From Candidatus Nomurabacteria bacterium (GTDB lineage Bacteria > Patescibacteriota > Saccharimonadia > JAGOAT01): a stretch of 64,000 nucleotides of DNA. Position 1 is the stretch's first letter. Each line of letters begins with the position of its first letter. Below are positions 29,464 to 38,676 of the stretch, one piece after another. Under the pieces are notes generated by a model, which searched no databases, was not told the origin of the DNA, and was given only the letters and a program-made list of their open reading frames with translations. Location of the stretch: assembly GCA_020639315.1 (NCBI GenBank), contig JACKGM010000002.1:222321-286320 (forward strand). Direction: 5' to 3'. Made by a program: the position numbers and the translations under genes.

Positions 29464-30117
29464 TTATAACTCATCGGTTTCGATTTGCTCAAGCAGTCGA
29501 AAGTCCAGCCACTCCTTGCCATATCCTCCCAAATAATAATGTAGTATTGAGTACAAATAATATCTTGGTTCTTTGCCCAGTCTCAATGGATATAATATTA
29601 GCTCTTTTATCACATTTTTTGACCTAGCATTTGTTTCTAATAGCAATTTATCTATGGTAAGTTCTTTTGATACACTAGGCATTGTATACGCAATACAATT
29701 TCTAAATTTTACAACATATTCATCAATGCAGATATCTTTACAGTTCTCAATCATTATCATAATTTTATTCGGTAATATACAAAATCCTAGTATTTTACAT
29801 CTTACTAAATCCTGGTTTTTAATCTTCATATCAGCTATATAATCTTCAAAGATTCCTGTTGCCATTCTGATAGCTTTGATTGCTTGCCAGTAATGGCTTG
29901 GTAACTTGAACAACAACTTACCCTTGGGCTGATCTTTGCATTTTACTTCTAGCAACCAAGAACTTAAAGCCAGTCTTGGCTGATCAATCTGATTAACTGC
30001 CTGGTTCTCTTGCTGAACCATTGACTGGTCAACTACCTGCCTCTTGATCCCTGCCCCTCCCCTTGCTTTTGCCCAATATTTCGTACAATACTTGTATACA
30101 TTTGCAATAGGGTCCAC
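29464..30117 (-). CDS. Decayed RAYT/IS200-like (Y1 HUH) homolog lacking the HUH histidines
   Basis: ILGFCILPNKIMIMI aligns to the family motif (a)yCLMPNHvHLL but with H->K and H->M. The C-terminal ELILYPLRLGKEPRYYLYS parallels YIHLNPVRAGLV..P.DY.WSS. No RYKS-type Tyr motif was seen. Confidence 0.45.
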   Translation of the reverse strand: MDPIANVYKYCTKYWAKARGGAGIKRQVVDQSMVQQENQAVNQIDQPRLALSSWLLEVKCKDQPKGKLLFKLPSHYWQAIKAIRMATGIFEDYIADMKIKNQDLVRCKILGFCILPNKIMIMIENCKDICIDEYVVKFRNCIAYTMPSVSKELTIDKLLLETNARSKNVIKELILYPLRLGKEPRYYLYSILHYYLGGYGKEWLDFRLLEQIETDEL

Positions 30118-30353
30118 TTTTGGCCTCCTTTATTGTTATCTAGAGTTATAATGCATTGGTTCAAGCTGATTTGATCTCTGTATAAAAATTACCAAACCAA
30201 TACATCATAAGCCCAGTTTAATAGTGGCTTGATGATACTACGAGGGCTGTAAGCTAACCCACAATGACTAGCTAATCATCCTGATTGTCCCAGTAAAATT
30301 GATATTTTGCAAGCATGAGCAATTTAAAACTTAACATTACATCATATTTTTTG

Positions 30354-30415
30354 TCGCGAACTGTTCGCGACTTTTGGTGCCTTCCCAGATTAGAAATGTC
30401 GCGAACTGTTCGCGT
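30354..30415. repeat. Palindrome doublet, family 2
   Basis: Arms at 30354-30370 and 30399-30415 (last base T), centres 45 bp apart. Confidence 0.9.
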
Positions 30416-30461
30416 AATTTAGATTTTTACCATCATGTCAAGCCCCTAGACCCAACACCCT

Positions 30462-30615
30462 GACTTACGCAAAACCTCGGATACTCTAGGCTTGCCCCGA
30501 AGATTCAGAAGTTCTTTTATCTAATGGAAGCGATGCCGATGCATCGGTGACAGCATTAAAAAGTAGTTCTGGACTTCGGAGGTGATCCTGAAGACTTAAG
30601 GATTTTGCGTAAGTC
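30462..30615. other. ~154-nt rod-like inverted-repeat structure (candidate ncRNA or MITE)
   Basis: Outer arms GACTTACGCAAAA / TTTTGCGTAAGTC (13 bp, plus CCT/AGG). Nested pairs CCGAAG..TCAGAA / TTCTGG..CTTCGG and TAATG/CATTA. Apical perfect palindrome CCGATGCATCGG. Confidence 0.4.
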
Positions 30616-30631
30616 GAGTTTAACTTTTTAG

Positions 30632-30943
30632 CTAAAGTAATGCTTTTAAAACACTACCCAGTACTTCGAGTGCTAAGATTATCAAGAAGTAAGATAAATC
30701 AATCAAGTTTGATTTGGGGAGGATTTTTCTTACTCTAGTTAGGATTGGGTCGGTCAACTCATAGATGAAAAGCAAGATTGGGTTAGTGGTATTTGGCTTA
30801 TTATAATCACTAGTTCTGGTTAGAATTGAATAGATTAGCCTGACGAAGAATAATCCCTGCAATCCATAGACCACAATATCGATAAATAAGCTCCAATTGA
30901 TCTCCATAGTCTCAAGATTAACACAAGCACTAACCTGTTGCAA
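30632..30943 (-). CDS. yggT: YggT-family membrane protein
   Basis: ~100 aa, 2-3 TM helices, ELTDPILTRVRKILP motif. Confidence 0.7.
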   Translation of the reverse strand: MQQVSACVNLETMEINWSLFIDIVVYGLQGLFFVRLIYSILTRTSDYNKPNTTNPILLFIYELTDPILTRVRKILPKSNLIDLSYFLIILALEVLGSVLKALL

Positions 30944-30991
30944 GCTTTTTGACTTGCATTATATGTCTCTTTGTACTATTGTATAGGTGTT

Positions 30992-32299
30992 ATGTCAGCT
31001 GAAAAACCTAATACTCAAACTCTTGAGACATCAACAGATCTAAACAAAATAATAGCAACTATAAATGCACTTCAAGCCAGTATACAAGATCTTGAGGTTG
31101 AGATATCTAGGCTCCAAGGGCAATATGCGGATACAACCACTAATAGATATAGAGCATATTTCACAGATGCCCCAAAAAACACTTCTACAGATGATGATTT
31201 ACGCCGTGCAGTAGACCATCTAGCCCACCTAAGGCAACAAAAAGCAGACCTTGAGGGGGTAGTAACAAGTTTTAGGTTACTAAGTTTTGTCACGCCAGTG
31301 GAGTCTGCCCCCACAACAACTAACCAACCAACTTATCGCCCAACTATAACTATCCAAGATAATCGGGCAGAGATAGATGTTCGAAATCCTAACTTGGATA
31401 AACCAACTCACAATAAGCGCGCCCAGGATACTGGTATTAACCATAACGAGATCAAGGTTCCTTCAATGCAAGAGGTCGGATTACTTAGCGCAACCGAAGA
31501 AAACTTACCACGAATTGTTGAGCTACATAGGCTACTATCGTATATTGACACAATGTCAATTAAAGCTAGGCTCGACATACCTATAGAAATTCTAGTCCTA
31601 CACGGCAAAATAAATCAACTAATTTCAGAGGCTATAAGAAAAGATCTACTTACTGGCTTTCAGGTTAAAACCCTACTAACATCTACAGAACTAGATGCTA
31701 TGATGCTACCCAAAGAATCTAAGACCACCTTCCATTGTGCAGCTATCTTTATAGACTTTGCAAACCTTAAAAAGGTTAATGATACCGTAGGTCATGGGGC
31801 TACTGATGCAATACTATTTAAAGCTATTTTTGCAGTCCTCCTTGATAATATTAGAGAAACTGACGCTATCATACGCTGGGGAGGAGATGAATTTGTGATT
31901 TTTGTTACTTCTGAAGATAATCCTGGTCTAGATTTCGAATCATTTCTAAAGATGGTCACTGAAAAAGTTGGGTTAATATCAAAAACAGATGTAAAAGAAG
32001 CTAATTACACTAACGAAGTAGGGGAAACTATAACAACTACTTTAAACGCAGGCTTTACAATCGGTGTCGCTGCTATACCCGCCGATCAACAAAGACAGTT
32101 CCTAGAAGATCATCAGCAAAAGCCTTCAATGGCTCTAGTAGAGGTAGCAGATTATGCTATGTATCAAGGTAAGGATAATAATACAAGACAAGCTCCACCT
32201 ACCTCAACAAGAGCTACTAAAGACTTTCATGATCACCCATCATATTCAGGAACATCATATTCAGGAAATGGAATCCATTGCCTAGTCTATAACCCCTAG
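30992..32299 (+). CDS. GGDEF-domain diguanylate cyclase with coiled-coil/low-complexity N-terminal region
   Basis: RWGGDEFVIF active-site motif, upstream DFANLKKVNDTVGHGATD. Start moved to the first ATG (the ORF track begins at a TTG at 30971). Confidence 0.85.
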   Translation: MSAEKPNTQTLETSTDLNKIIATINALQASIQDLEVEISRLQGQYADTTTNRYRAYFTDAPKNTSTDDDLRRAVDHLAHLRQQKADLEGVVTSFRLLSFVTPVESAPTTTNQPTYRPTITIQDNRAEIDVRNPNLDKPTHNKRAQDTGINHNEIKVPSMQEVGLLSATEENLPRIVELHRLLSYIDTMSIKARLDIPIEILVLHGKINQLISEAIRKDLLTGFQVKTLLTSTELDAMMLPKESKTTFHCAAIFIDFANLKKVNDTVGHGATDAILFKAIFAVLLDNIRETDAIIRWGGDEFVIFVTSEDNPGLDFESFLKMVTEKVGLISKTDVKEANYTNEVGETITTTLNAGFTIGVAAIPADQQRQFLEDHQQKPSMALVEVADYAMYQGKDNNTRQAPPTSTRATKDFHDHPSYSGTSYSGNGIHCLVYNP

Positions 32300-35200
32300 C
32301 TACACCCGCTAGTCTGCCCACACTGCTCACAGACGGCGCAAGTCCCAGTCTTGGTCATTGGAATCCCACAGTTTGAACAGAGTGGAGACTCATCGATTGG
32401 CCCTTTGTAAGCAGTAGACTTCTTTAGCTGAGGCTCGACTTCTTGCTTGGTCTCTGTATTCTCAGGCTCAACTTCAGACTTTGACTGCTCGATCTTAGTA
32501 TCAGCCAAGTCTGGGATCAACTGCCCTTGACCAGGTGCGACTCCAGCTAGATCAGCCTCTTTCTCCGCATTAGTCTTGATTCCCAAGCTATGTCTTTTAT
32601 CCGCCGGCAAGAAATTGACTGCCAGCTCTCTAGCAATCAAATCCATCACCGAACTGACAAAAGTGAAATTATCAGAGTTAGCAAAGCCCTTGGGTTCAAA
32701 TTCCATATTGACAAACTTTGAGACAAAAGCATCAAGCGGCACTCCATGCTGAAGACCCATCGACATCGCGATTGCTAGAGCGTCAACAAAGCCTGAAAAA
32801 GTTGAACCCTGCTTCCCTCCCCCGATAAATATCTCACCTGGGGTGCCATCAGGATACATTCCGACGGTTACATAGACCTTGAAGCCATTAACCTTTAGGG
32901 CAAATGTTTTAGAATCTCGTGTACTTGGTAACTTAACTCGGTTGGTAACTGGAGCATGTCGAGCAACCTGAGCTGTGTCCTTCTGGGTTGGTTGATTACC
33001 ATCTGACTTTTCTTTCTTCGAACTACTCATAGGTTGGGTAGCTTTGGAGTTATTGCGGTAGATAGCTACAGCCTTGAGTCCCAACCTCCAAGCATCAAAA
33101 TGTGCCTTTTCGACATCTTCCACAGTTGCTACTTCTGGCATATTAACAGTCTTGGAAATTGCACCAGAAAGAAATGGTTGGACAGCAGCCATCATCGCCT
33201 CGTGTGCATAGATCGAGAGATACCTACCACCAATTGCTTCCTGAAAAGCAGTATCAAATACCAAATAATCTGTCTCCTTGACTGCAGGCGCACCGACAAT
33301 CGAACTATTATCTTCGACATAGGCAATGATATCTCCTATCTGAGTTGCAGTATAGCCTAATCTTCTGAGAGCCCTCTCTACAGTCTGATTGACTATAATC
33401 ATCTCGTCCCCCGATACTTTTTGCTTATTTTTCTTAAGAGCGAGATCTGGTTCGACACCAGTAGTATCATTGTCCATCATAAACCCACTTGTACCCATAG
33501 GGGCCAATACTGACATATGAGCGTTGCTATAGCCATAAATCTCACCCAACTCTACTGCTTGACCCCAGGCCTGCTTGGCCTGCTCCCAAGCTTTGGCCAA
33601 ATGTGGATCCTCGGCTACCGGCAAACCAGCTCCTACTATTTCATTGTAGAAGATATCTATATGATTATCTGGACCAAATTTAATACTATTTGCCTGAGCC
33701 TGAGCACTAGGTTCAGCCCCGATTGCATCGGCATAATCTCGGTGAAGTTTAGCGACTTTCATATGGGCTAATTTATTCTCAGGGTCTTCAAAACCTGGTC
33801 TCCCCATCTCTGGATCTCCAGGATAGCTCCCCCAGACTCGAGCAATCGTACTAGATGTCTGATAAATCTGAGCCTGCATCTGAGCAGTAATCACAGCTGC
33901 CCACGCTCGACCTTCCATACTATCGTAGCCATACCCACTAGCCATCAACATTGCTCCGAGATTAGTATAGCCTTGGCCGATCTGTAAAAATCCCCTTGCC
34001 ACCCTAGCAATATTTTCAGTCGGGTAATCTCCATATTTTGCCATAATAGTTTGAGCGATGGCCACTACCTCTACTGCCCCGACAAAACCCTCCTGGTCCC
34101 AAGACCCATCTTGGTTAAGAAACTTAAGTAGATTGGTTGCTGCAAGATTACAAGGTGAGTTATCAAGGTGCATATACTCACTACAAGGATTAGACCCATT
34201 GATCCTTCCGGCAGCTGGAGTAGTATGCCAGAAATTCACCGTAGTATCAAACTGCAACCCAGGATCTGCACATTCCCAAGCTGCTTTGGCAATCTTAGCC
34301 CACAAATCAGTTGCTTGATAGCTAGGAGTCTCTTTCCAGATTAGATTTGGCTTTCTAGCTTTGGTCTTCCAGATACCATCTTCGAGCAAAGTCTCCATGA
34401 ATTGATTACTAATCCTGACAGAATTATTAGCATTTTGAAACTGGATATGATATCCATCTCGGTTGTCGGCTACCGATACTCGAAATCCATTCTGAGCCAA
34501 GGTTCTCGCTACTTCTTCAGCTTTGACTTTGAGCTGGATAAAACCTTCGCTACCATCAGCCTGTTCGTAGATATCTGGATGATCGATGTCAAGTACGACC
34601 ATCTTGGCTGCTCGTCTAGTCCTACCACCAGATGCCATCGTACCAGCACTGGCATCGGCCGCTCGCATATATGAGCAAGGACCTGAAGCCTTACCTCCCT
34701 TGGTGATTCCCTCATAGCTAGATCGAATTTTTGACAAATTAACTCCAGCACCAGATCCACCCTTGAATACTGTCCCTTCTTCACGATACCAATTAAGAAT
34801 TGAAGCCATATTGTCTTCTACTTCTAGGATAAAGCAAGCACTTGACTGCTGGGGGGTCCCTTCGACCCCAATATTGTACCAGACAGGAGAATTAAAATTG
34901 ACCTGCTGGGTAACGATCAGATATTTGAGATCAGCGGCAAAATTTTCAGCTGACGCCTGATCAGCAAACAGAGGCTTGACCTTGGCATAGTCAGGCAGCT
35001 CAAATTTATCACCATTATAATCAGTCTCCCGCCCCTTAAGACCCCATTTGACAATAGTATCCACCACCCGATCAATTGATTCGAGTACGCTAGTCTCTCG
35101 CTCTGGGGTGTCTAATCTTCCCCTGAGGTAGTGCTGAGCAAAAATACTTAAGGCATTATCACTCCAAGAGGCAGGCACTTCTATCCCCCTCTGCTCAAAC

Positions 35201-35334
35201 ACCACCTCTTTAGTCATAAAATTCTTCAGTACTACATCCCTGACTTCGGTCTCAATCTCTGCATATGGATCCAGAGAAGGCGAAAACTTTCTATGATAAA
35301 CTAGACCCTCTGAATTAGTTGTTGTAGCACTCAT
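32296..35334 (-). CDS. nrdJ: Class II (adenosylcobalamin-dependent) ribonucleotide reductase
   Basis: GSNPCSEYMHLDNSPCNLAATNL active-site region, ~1000 aa, C-terminal CSNC...CAVCEQC zinc ribbon. Confidence 0.9.
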   Translation of the reverse strand: MSATTTNSEGLVYHRKFSPSLDPYAEIETEVRDVVLKNFMTKEVVFEQRGIEVPASWSDNALSIFAQHYLRGRLDTPERETSVLESIDRVVDTIVKWGLKGRETDYNGDKFELPDYAKVKPLFADQASAENFAADLKYLIVTQQVNFNSPVWYNIGVEGTPQQSSACFILEVEDNMASILNWYREEGTVFKGGSGAGVNLSKIRSSYEGITKGGKASGPCSYMRAADASAGTMASGGRTRRAAKMVVLDIDHPDIYEQADGSEGFIQLKVKAEEVARTLAQNGFRVSVADNRDGYHIQFQNANNSVRISNQFMETLLEDGIWKTKARKPNLIWKETPSYQATDLWAKIAKAAWECADPGLQFDTTVNFWHTTPAAGRINGSNPCSEYMHLDNSPCNLAATNLLKFLNQDGSWDQEGFVGAVEVVAIAQTIMAKYGDYPTENIARVARGFLQIGQGYTNLGAMLMASGYGYDSMEGRAWAAVITAQMQAQIYQTSSTIARVWGSYPGDPEMGRPGFEDPENKLAHMKVAKLHRDYADAIGAEPSAQAQANSIKFGPDNHIDIFYNEIVGAGLPVAEDPHLAKAWEQAKQAWGQAVELGEIYGYSNAHMSVLAPMGTSGFMMDNDTTGVEPDLALKKNKQKVSGDEMIIVNQTVERALRRLGYTATQIGDIIAYVEDNSSIVGAPAVKETDYLVFDTAFQEAIGGRYLSIYAHEAMMAAVQPFLSGAISKTVNMPEVATVEDVEKAHFDAWRLGLKAVAIYRNNSKATQPMSSSKKEKSDGNQPTQKDTAQVARHAPVTNRVKLPSTRDSKTFALKVNGFKVYVTVGMYPDGTPGEIFIGGGKQGSTFSGFVDALAIAMSMGLQHGVPLDAFVSKFVNMEFEPKGFANSDNFTFVSSVMDLIARELAVNFLPADKRHSLGIKTNAEKEADLAGVAPGQGQLIPDLADTKIEQSKSEVEPENTETKQEVEPQLKKSTAYKGPIDESPLCSNCGIPMTKTGTCAVCEQCGQTSGCS

Positions 35335-35549
35335 CTCACTCCCTCCTCTTGTTATACTTTTATTATAATTGCACAGTAAACGAATTGATGTTTTTGCTCC
35401 TAAACCCGTAAGGTTAGATAAAAAAACTCAAGCTATAGCTAAACCCGCCTCGACAGATAAAGCAATTTCAAACCAAGACCAAGACACTGATAGTTGACCC
35501 TCCCAAACAAGACTGGCTAATACAGTAAACCTATTGCTATGCCAATAGT

Positions 35550-36005
35550 CTACTGTTTGCGACGAATCTTACGAAGCTCCTGAGCAAAGCTTTCAATATC
35601 ATCAAACCTTCGATAGACACTGGCAAATCTGATATAAGCGACTTGATCCAAGCCGAGCAAGCCTTTCATCACTTCTTCTCCTACTTGAGAAGAGGGGACT
35701 TCTGCCTCACCCATCGACTTCAGACTCTGCTCAATCTGATTGATCAACGACTCAATCTTGCTCTGAGCTACCGGTCGTTTTTCCAATGCCCGGTATAGTC
35801 CAGCTGCTAACTTGTGTCTAGAGAAAGCTTGCCGATTGCCATCTTTTTTAATGATTACTAGCTGAGCCGACTCTACCCTCTCATAAGTCGTAAATCTCTG
35901 CTGACAATCATTACACTCTCGCCTGCGTCGGATCACTGACCCCCCTTCCAAATCACGGGATTCTATCACTCTACTAGCTGAGGTTTGACAATGTAAACAA
36001 TTCAT
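35550..36005 (-). CDS. nrdR: Transcriptional repressor NrdR
   Basis: MNCLHCQ...CNDCQQRFTTYE zinc ribbon plus ATP-cone. Confidence 0.95.
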   Translation of the reverse strand: MNCLHCQTSASRVIESRDLEGGSVIRRRRECNDCQQRFTTYERVESAQLVIIKKDGNRQAFSRHKLAAGLYRALEKRPVAQSKIESLINQIEQSLKSMGEAEVPSSQVGEEVMKGLLGLDQVAYIRFASVYRRFDDIESFAQELRKIRRKQ

Positions 36006-36022
36006 CTTTTGCGTGTTATGTG

Positions 36023-36081
36023 CGCTCTATATATAGCGTAGCCTGTATTTACTATAGCACTAGCCTGACTAAGCATGTCAA
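36023..36081 (-). promoter_or_regulatory. Putative nrdR promoter with two NrdR-box-like AT-core palindromes
   Basis: Minus strand has TTGACA (36076-36081), 19 nt, then TATAGT (36051-36056). Boxes are CGCTCTATATATAGCG (36023-36038) and GTATTTACTATAGCAC (36045-36060). Spacing and box matches are imperfect. Confidence 0.3.
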
Positions 36082-36120
36082 GCCAGTTTACGAAAAAAGT
36101 TTTTAAAATCCTGTGGATAA

Positions 36121-36571
36121 TACATCCTCCGAATCCTCCTTGAGAAGGTTACGGGATCCAGTATCTATAGCATTGTCATCTTGCAAATACCAGAGGGTTT
36201 ACGGGGGATCCAGTATTCCAGCATTTGCATTGTCATCCTCCGAATTATCCTTAAGAGAATTACGGGGGATCCAGTATCTCGCATTGTCCTGACTCCTAAT
36301 ACAAATACTGGATCTCCGGTATTTCCCCAAGGGGAAATCCGAAGATGACAAGAGGGGATGGATCTCCCATAAACCCCTGCCGGATTTTGGAAGATGACGC
36401 GAAGAGGGGGCGGAAATTTGGGTTGATGACAGAGGGAGCATTGTCATCCTCCGAAACCCACCCCTCTCCTGTCATCCTCCGAAGTTCGGAGAACTTACGG
36501 GGGATCCAGTATTCCCGCATTTGCATTGTCATTCTCCGAATTCTCATGGAGAATTACGGGGGATCCAGTAT
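36121..36571. repeat. Hairpin-unit cluster 1 (class A units +, class B/C units -, plus half units)
   Basis: Units at 36121-36164, 36175-36216, 36231-36277, 36470-36512 and 36527-36571 (+), and at 36305-36350 and 36358-36398 (-). Half modules at 36399-36437 and 36442-36469. Confidence 0.9.
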
Positions 36572-36596
36572 CTCGCATTACCATGGGTCTAATTCA

Positions 36597-36721
36597 ATGA
36601 TTTTTATTGCGTGTTGGCAAAGCACGGCAAAGGATAACAGCCATATACTGCGCAGTGATTTATAAATTTGAGATAAAAAGGGTAGTTTTTACGCCATGAA
36701 ATTATATGGCAACAGGGTTAT
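36597..36721. repeat. ~125-nt conserved element, copy 1 (one terminal repeat only), directly downstream of ftsZ stop
   Basis: Shares ATGATTTTTATT..., AAA(A/G)CACG(A/G)CAAAG(C/G)ATAACAG, CTGCG(A/C)AGTG and the terminal TTATATGGCAACAGGGTTAT with 38715-38840. Confidence 0.6.
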
Positions 36722-36737
36722 CGAAGGAACAAGTCTA

Positions 36738-38225
36738 CTAAAGTTTCTCTTTAACAAAATCTGGCATATCAGAATCCGTACCATCAGAGGAGCTTAACTT
36801 AGAATTAAGACCTGATTTATTACTAGAGTTTCTCAAATAGGCAGGCTTATCAAACTCATCATCTTCAAAACTAGGGGTTTGAATACTAACAGTCTCTACC
36901 CTCTCTTCAACAATGTCAAATCCTGAACCCAAACCGGAACCATAGTCCATCTGGTCGGATTCCTGATTCTGCCTAGGCTCTTCTGGGTCTGATTTATGGC
37001 GCCTCAGTAGTCTACCCCCTAGACCAGTTTTACTTGACTGAGAACTAAGCTCTAACTCAGCACCAGACCCCAAGTCAGCATCAACCATTGCACTGATATC
37101 CTCACTTTGGGCACGGCGAATTTCAGCAACTTGATCATTTCTGCTTGACACCACATTACTACTATAGCTAGCGCTGGATTGAGCCTTGATGGTTGTATTG
37201 TAGCTAGAAGAACTACTACTATTACCAAAACCAAAGCTATTACTACCACCAACACTAGATCTGAGTGGCCTAGGCAAATCAAATCCAGTCGCTACTAAGG
37301 TCACTCGGATTTCACCAGTCATATTTTCATCCAAAACAGTACCCCAAATAATATTGGCCTCTGGGTCTACTTCATCATGGATTAGCTTAGCGGCCTCTTC
37401 GATCTCCTGCATACCAAGATCTCTACCCCCAGTGAAGTTAATCAGTACTCCCCTAGCACCATTGATCGAAACATCCAGTAGTGGAGAATCCATCGCTTGT
37501 CTGACTGCTAGGATTGCCCGATTGTCCCCAGATGCCTGACCGATACCCATTAGGGCTGAACCTGCATGCTCCATAATAGACTTGACATCAGCAAAATCTA
37601 GATTGACCAAGCCATTGATCGTAATCAGGTCTGATATACCCTGAATACCTTGATGCAAAATCTCATCTACAGTTGAAAATGCATCAATCAAAGAAGTCTT
37701 ATGGTCTATAATCTGAGAAATCTTATCATTGGGAATGATGATCAAGGTATCTACCTTGTCCCGAATCTCCTCGATCGCTCCCTCGGCAATCCTCCTTCTT
37801 CGATCCCCTTCAAAGCTAAAAGGCTTGGTCACTATACCGACTACCAGTGCTCCTACCTCTTTAGCAACCTTGGCAATAGTCGGGGCAGCACCAGAACCAG
37901 TACCACCACCAAATCCAGCAGTCAGAAACACCATCTCTGCGCCTTGTAATGCTTCCCTGATTTGTTCTTCATTTTCCTCGGCTGCCTGGCGACCGACATC
38001 AGGATTAGCTCCAGCCCCTAGCCCCTTGGTAGTATTCTTACCAATATGAAATTTATGAGCAGATTTTGAATAGTGCAAAGCTTGGGCATCGGTGTTAATT
38101 ACTATAAACTCTACCCCTTTAAGCTTAGATTGAATCATCCGATTGACTGCATTGCCCCCACCTCCGCCAATGCCTACTACTTTGATTCGAGCAAAAGTCT
38201 CGATTGCTGGCAAAATTTCTGCCAT
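36738..38225 (-). CDS. ftsZ: Cell division GTPase FtsZ (long disordered C-terminal linker)
   Basis: [13 protein letters not shown] and [12 protein letters not shown] tubulin signature. Confidence 0.97.
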   Translation of the reverse strand: MAEILPAIETFARIKVVGIGGGGGNAVNRMIQSKLKGVEFIVINTDAQALHYSKSAHKFHIGKNTTKGLGAGANPDVGRQAAEENEEQIREALQGAEMVFLTAGFGGGTGSGAAPTIAKVAKEVGALVVGIVTKPFSFEGDRRRRIAEGAIEEIRDKVDTLIIIPNDKISQIIDHKTSLIDAFSTVDEILHQGIQGISDLITINGLVNLDFADVKSIMEHAGSALMGIGQASGDNRAILAVRQAMDSPLLDVSINGARGVLINFTGGRDLGMQEIEEAAKLIHDEVDPEANIIWGTVLDENMTGEIRVTLVATGFDLPRPLRSSVGGSNSFGFGNSSSSSSYNTTIKAQSSASYSSNVVSSRNDQVAEIRRAQSEDISAMVDADLGSGAELELSSQSSKTGLGGRLLRRHKSDPEEPRQNQESDQMDYGSGLGSGFDIVEERVETVSIQTPSFEDDEFDKPAYLRNSSNKSGLNSKLSSSDGTDSDMPDFVKEKL

Positions 38226-38444
38226 TATTCCCTCCTATGATGTTATAAATTGCTAATGGTATTTTTATTTGGTTAGACTCCCGACCAATCAATTTGTATT
38301 GAACAGTAGTTATAAATACTAGTCTAAGCTAGTTGTTCAACAAATGCAAGTTTTTTATACACAAGTTTTTACTAACTTGATAAAGAGTACATATATTATT
38401 CATATCCTTCACTCTGATGTCAGCACAGGACTTTCGCACTTCCT

Positions 38445-38670
38445 TGTCATCCTCAAAAAATCTATGAGAGTTCAATTCAAATACTGAATATCCCATAATT
38501 TCTTACAGAAATTTGGAAGATGACGGTGCAATGCCATTAACTTAAGACTTTGTAAGTTTTATTCAATGTACAAGTCAAGCATTAGTAGAACTCCAAAAGG
38601 TACTGATCTCTCCTTAAGTTAACGGTATTGAGATGACACGGGGGGCGGAAATTTGGGCTATTGACAGAGG
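38445..38670. repeat. Hairpin-unit cluster 2, distal part
   Basis: 5' half unit at 38445; class C unit (-) at 38481-38525; degenerate unit (-) at 38600-38638; GGCGGAAATTTGGG module at 38639-38670. Confidence 0.8.
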
Positions 38671-38676
38671 AGGAAT

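Noticed and set aside
35335-35549. Cobalamin riboswitch upstream of the B12-dependent nrdJ
   Set aside because: I could not find a B12-box-like sequence or the multi-stem architecture in the 215-nt leader. It is left unannotated.
36112-36120. Perfect DnaA box TGTGGATAA (plus TTTTCCACA at ~2122-2130) suggesting oriC
   Set aside because: These are single isolated boxes. There is no cluster, no adjacent dnaA/dnaN, and no AT-rich unwinding element pattern. A 9-mer can occur by chance in 64 kb.
36305-36437. GATGAC/TGATGA strings in the units as hammerhead or other self-cleaving ribozyme cores
   Set aside because: There is no CUGAUGA...GAAA core arrangement or three-way junction. The units fold as simple bulged hairpins.
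36199-36665. ORF-track ORFs inside the repeat clusters (36199-36447, 36296-36547, 36345-36665; also 38706-39055, 62639-62931, 63409-63636) with recurring peptides such as YWIPRKFSELRRMT
   Set aside because: The peptide repeats simply mirror the DNA hairpin units in both orientations. The ORFs overlap each other in several frames, lack RBS context, and the unit variation preserves base pairing rather than codons.
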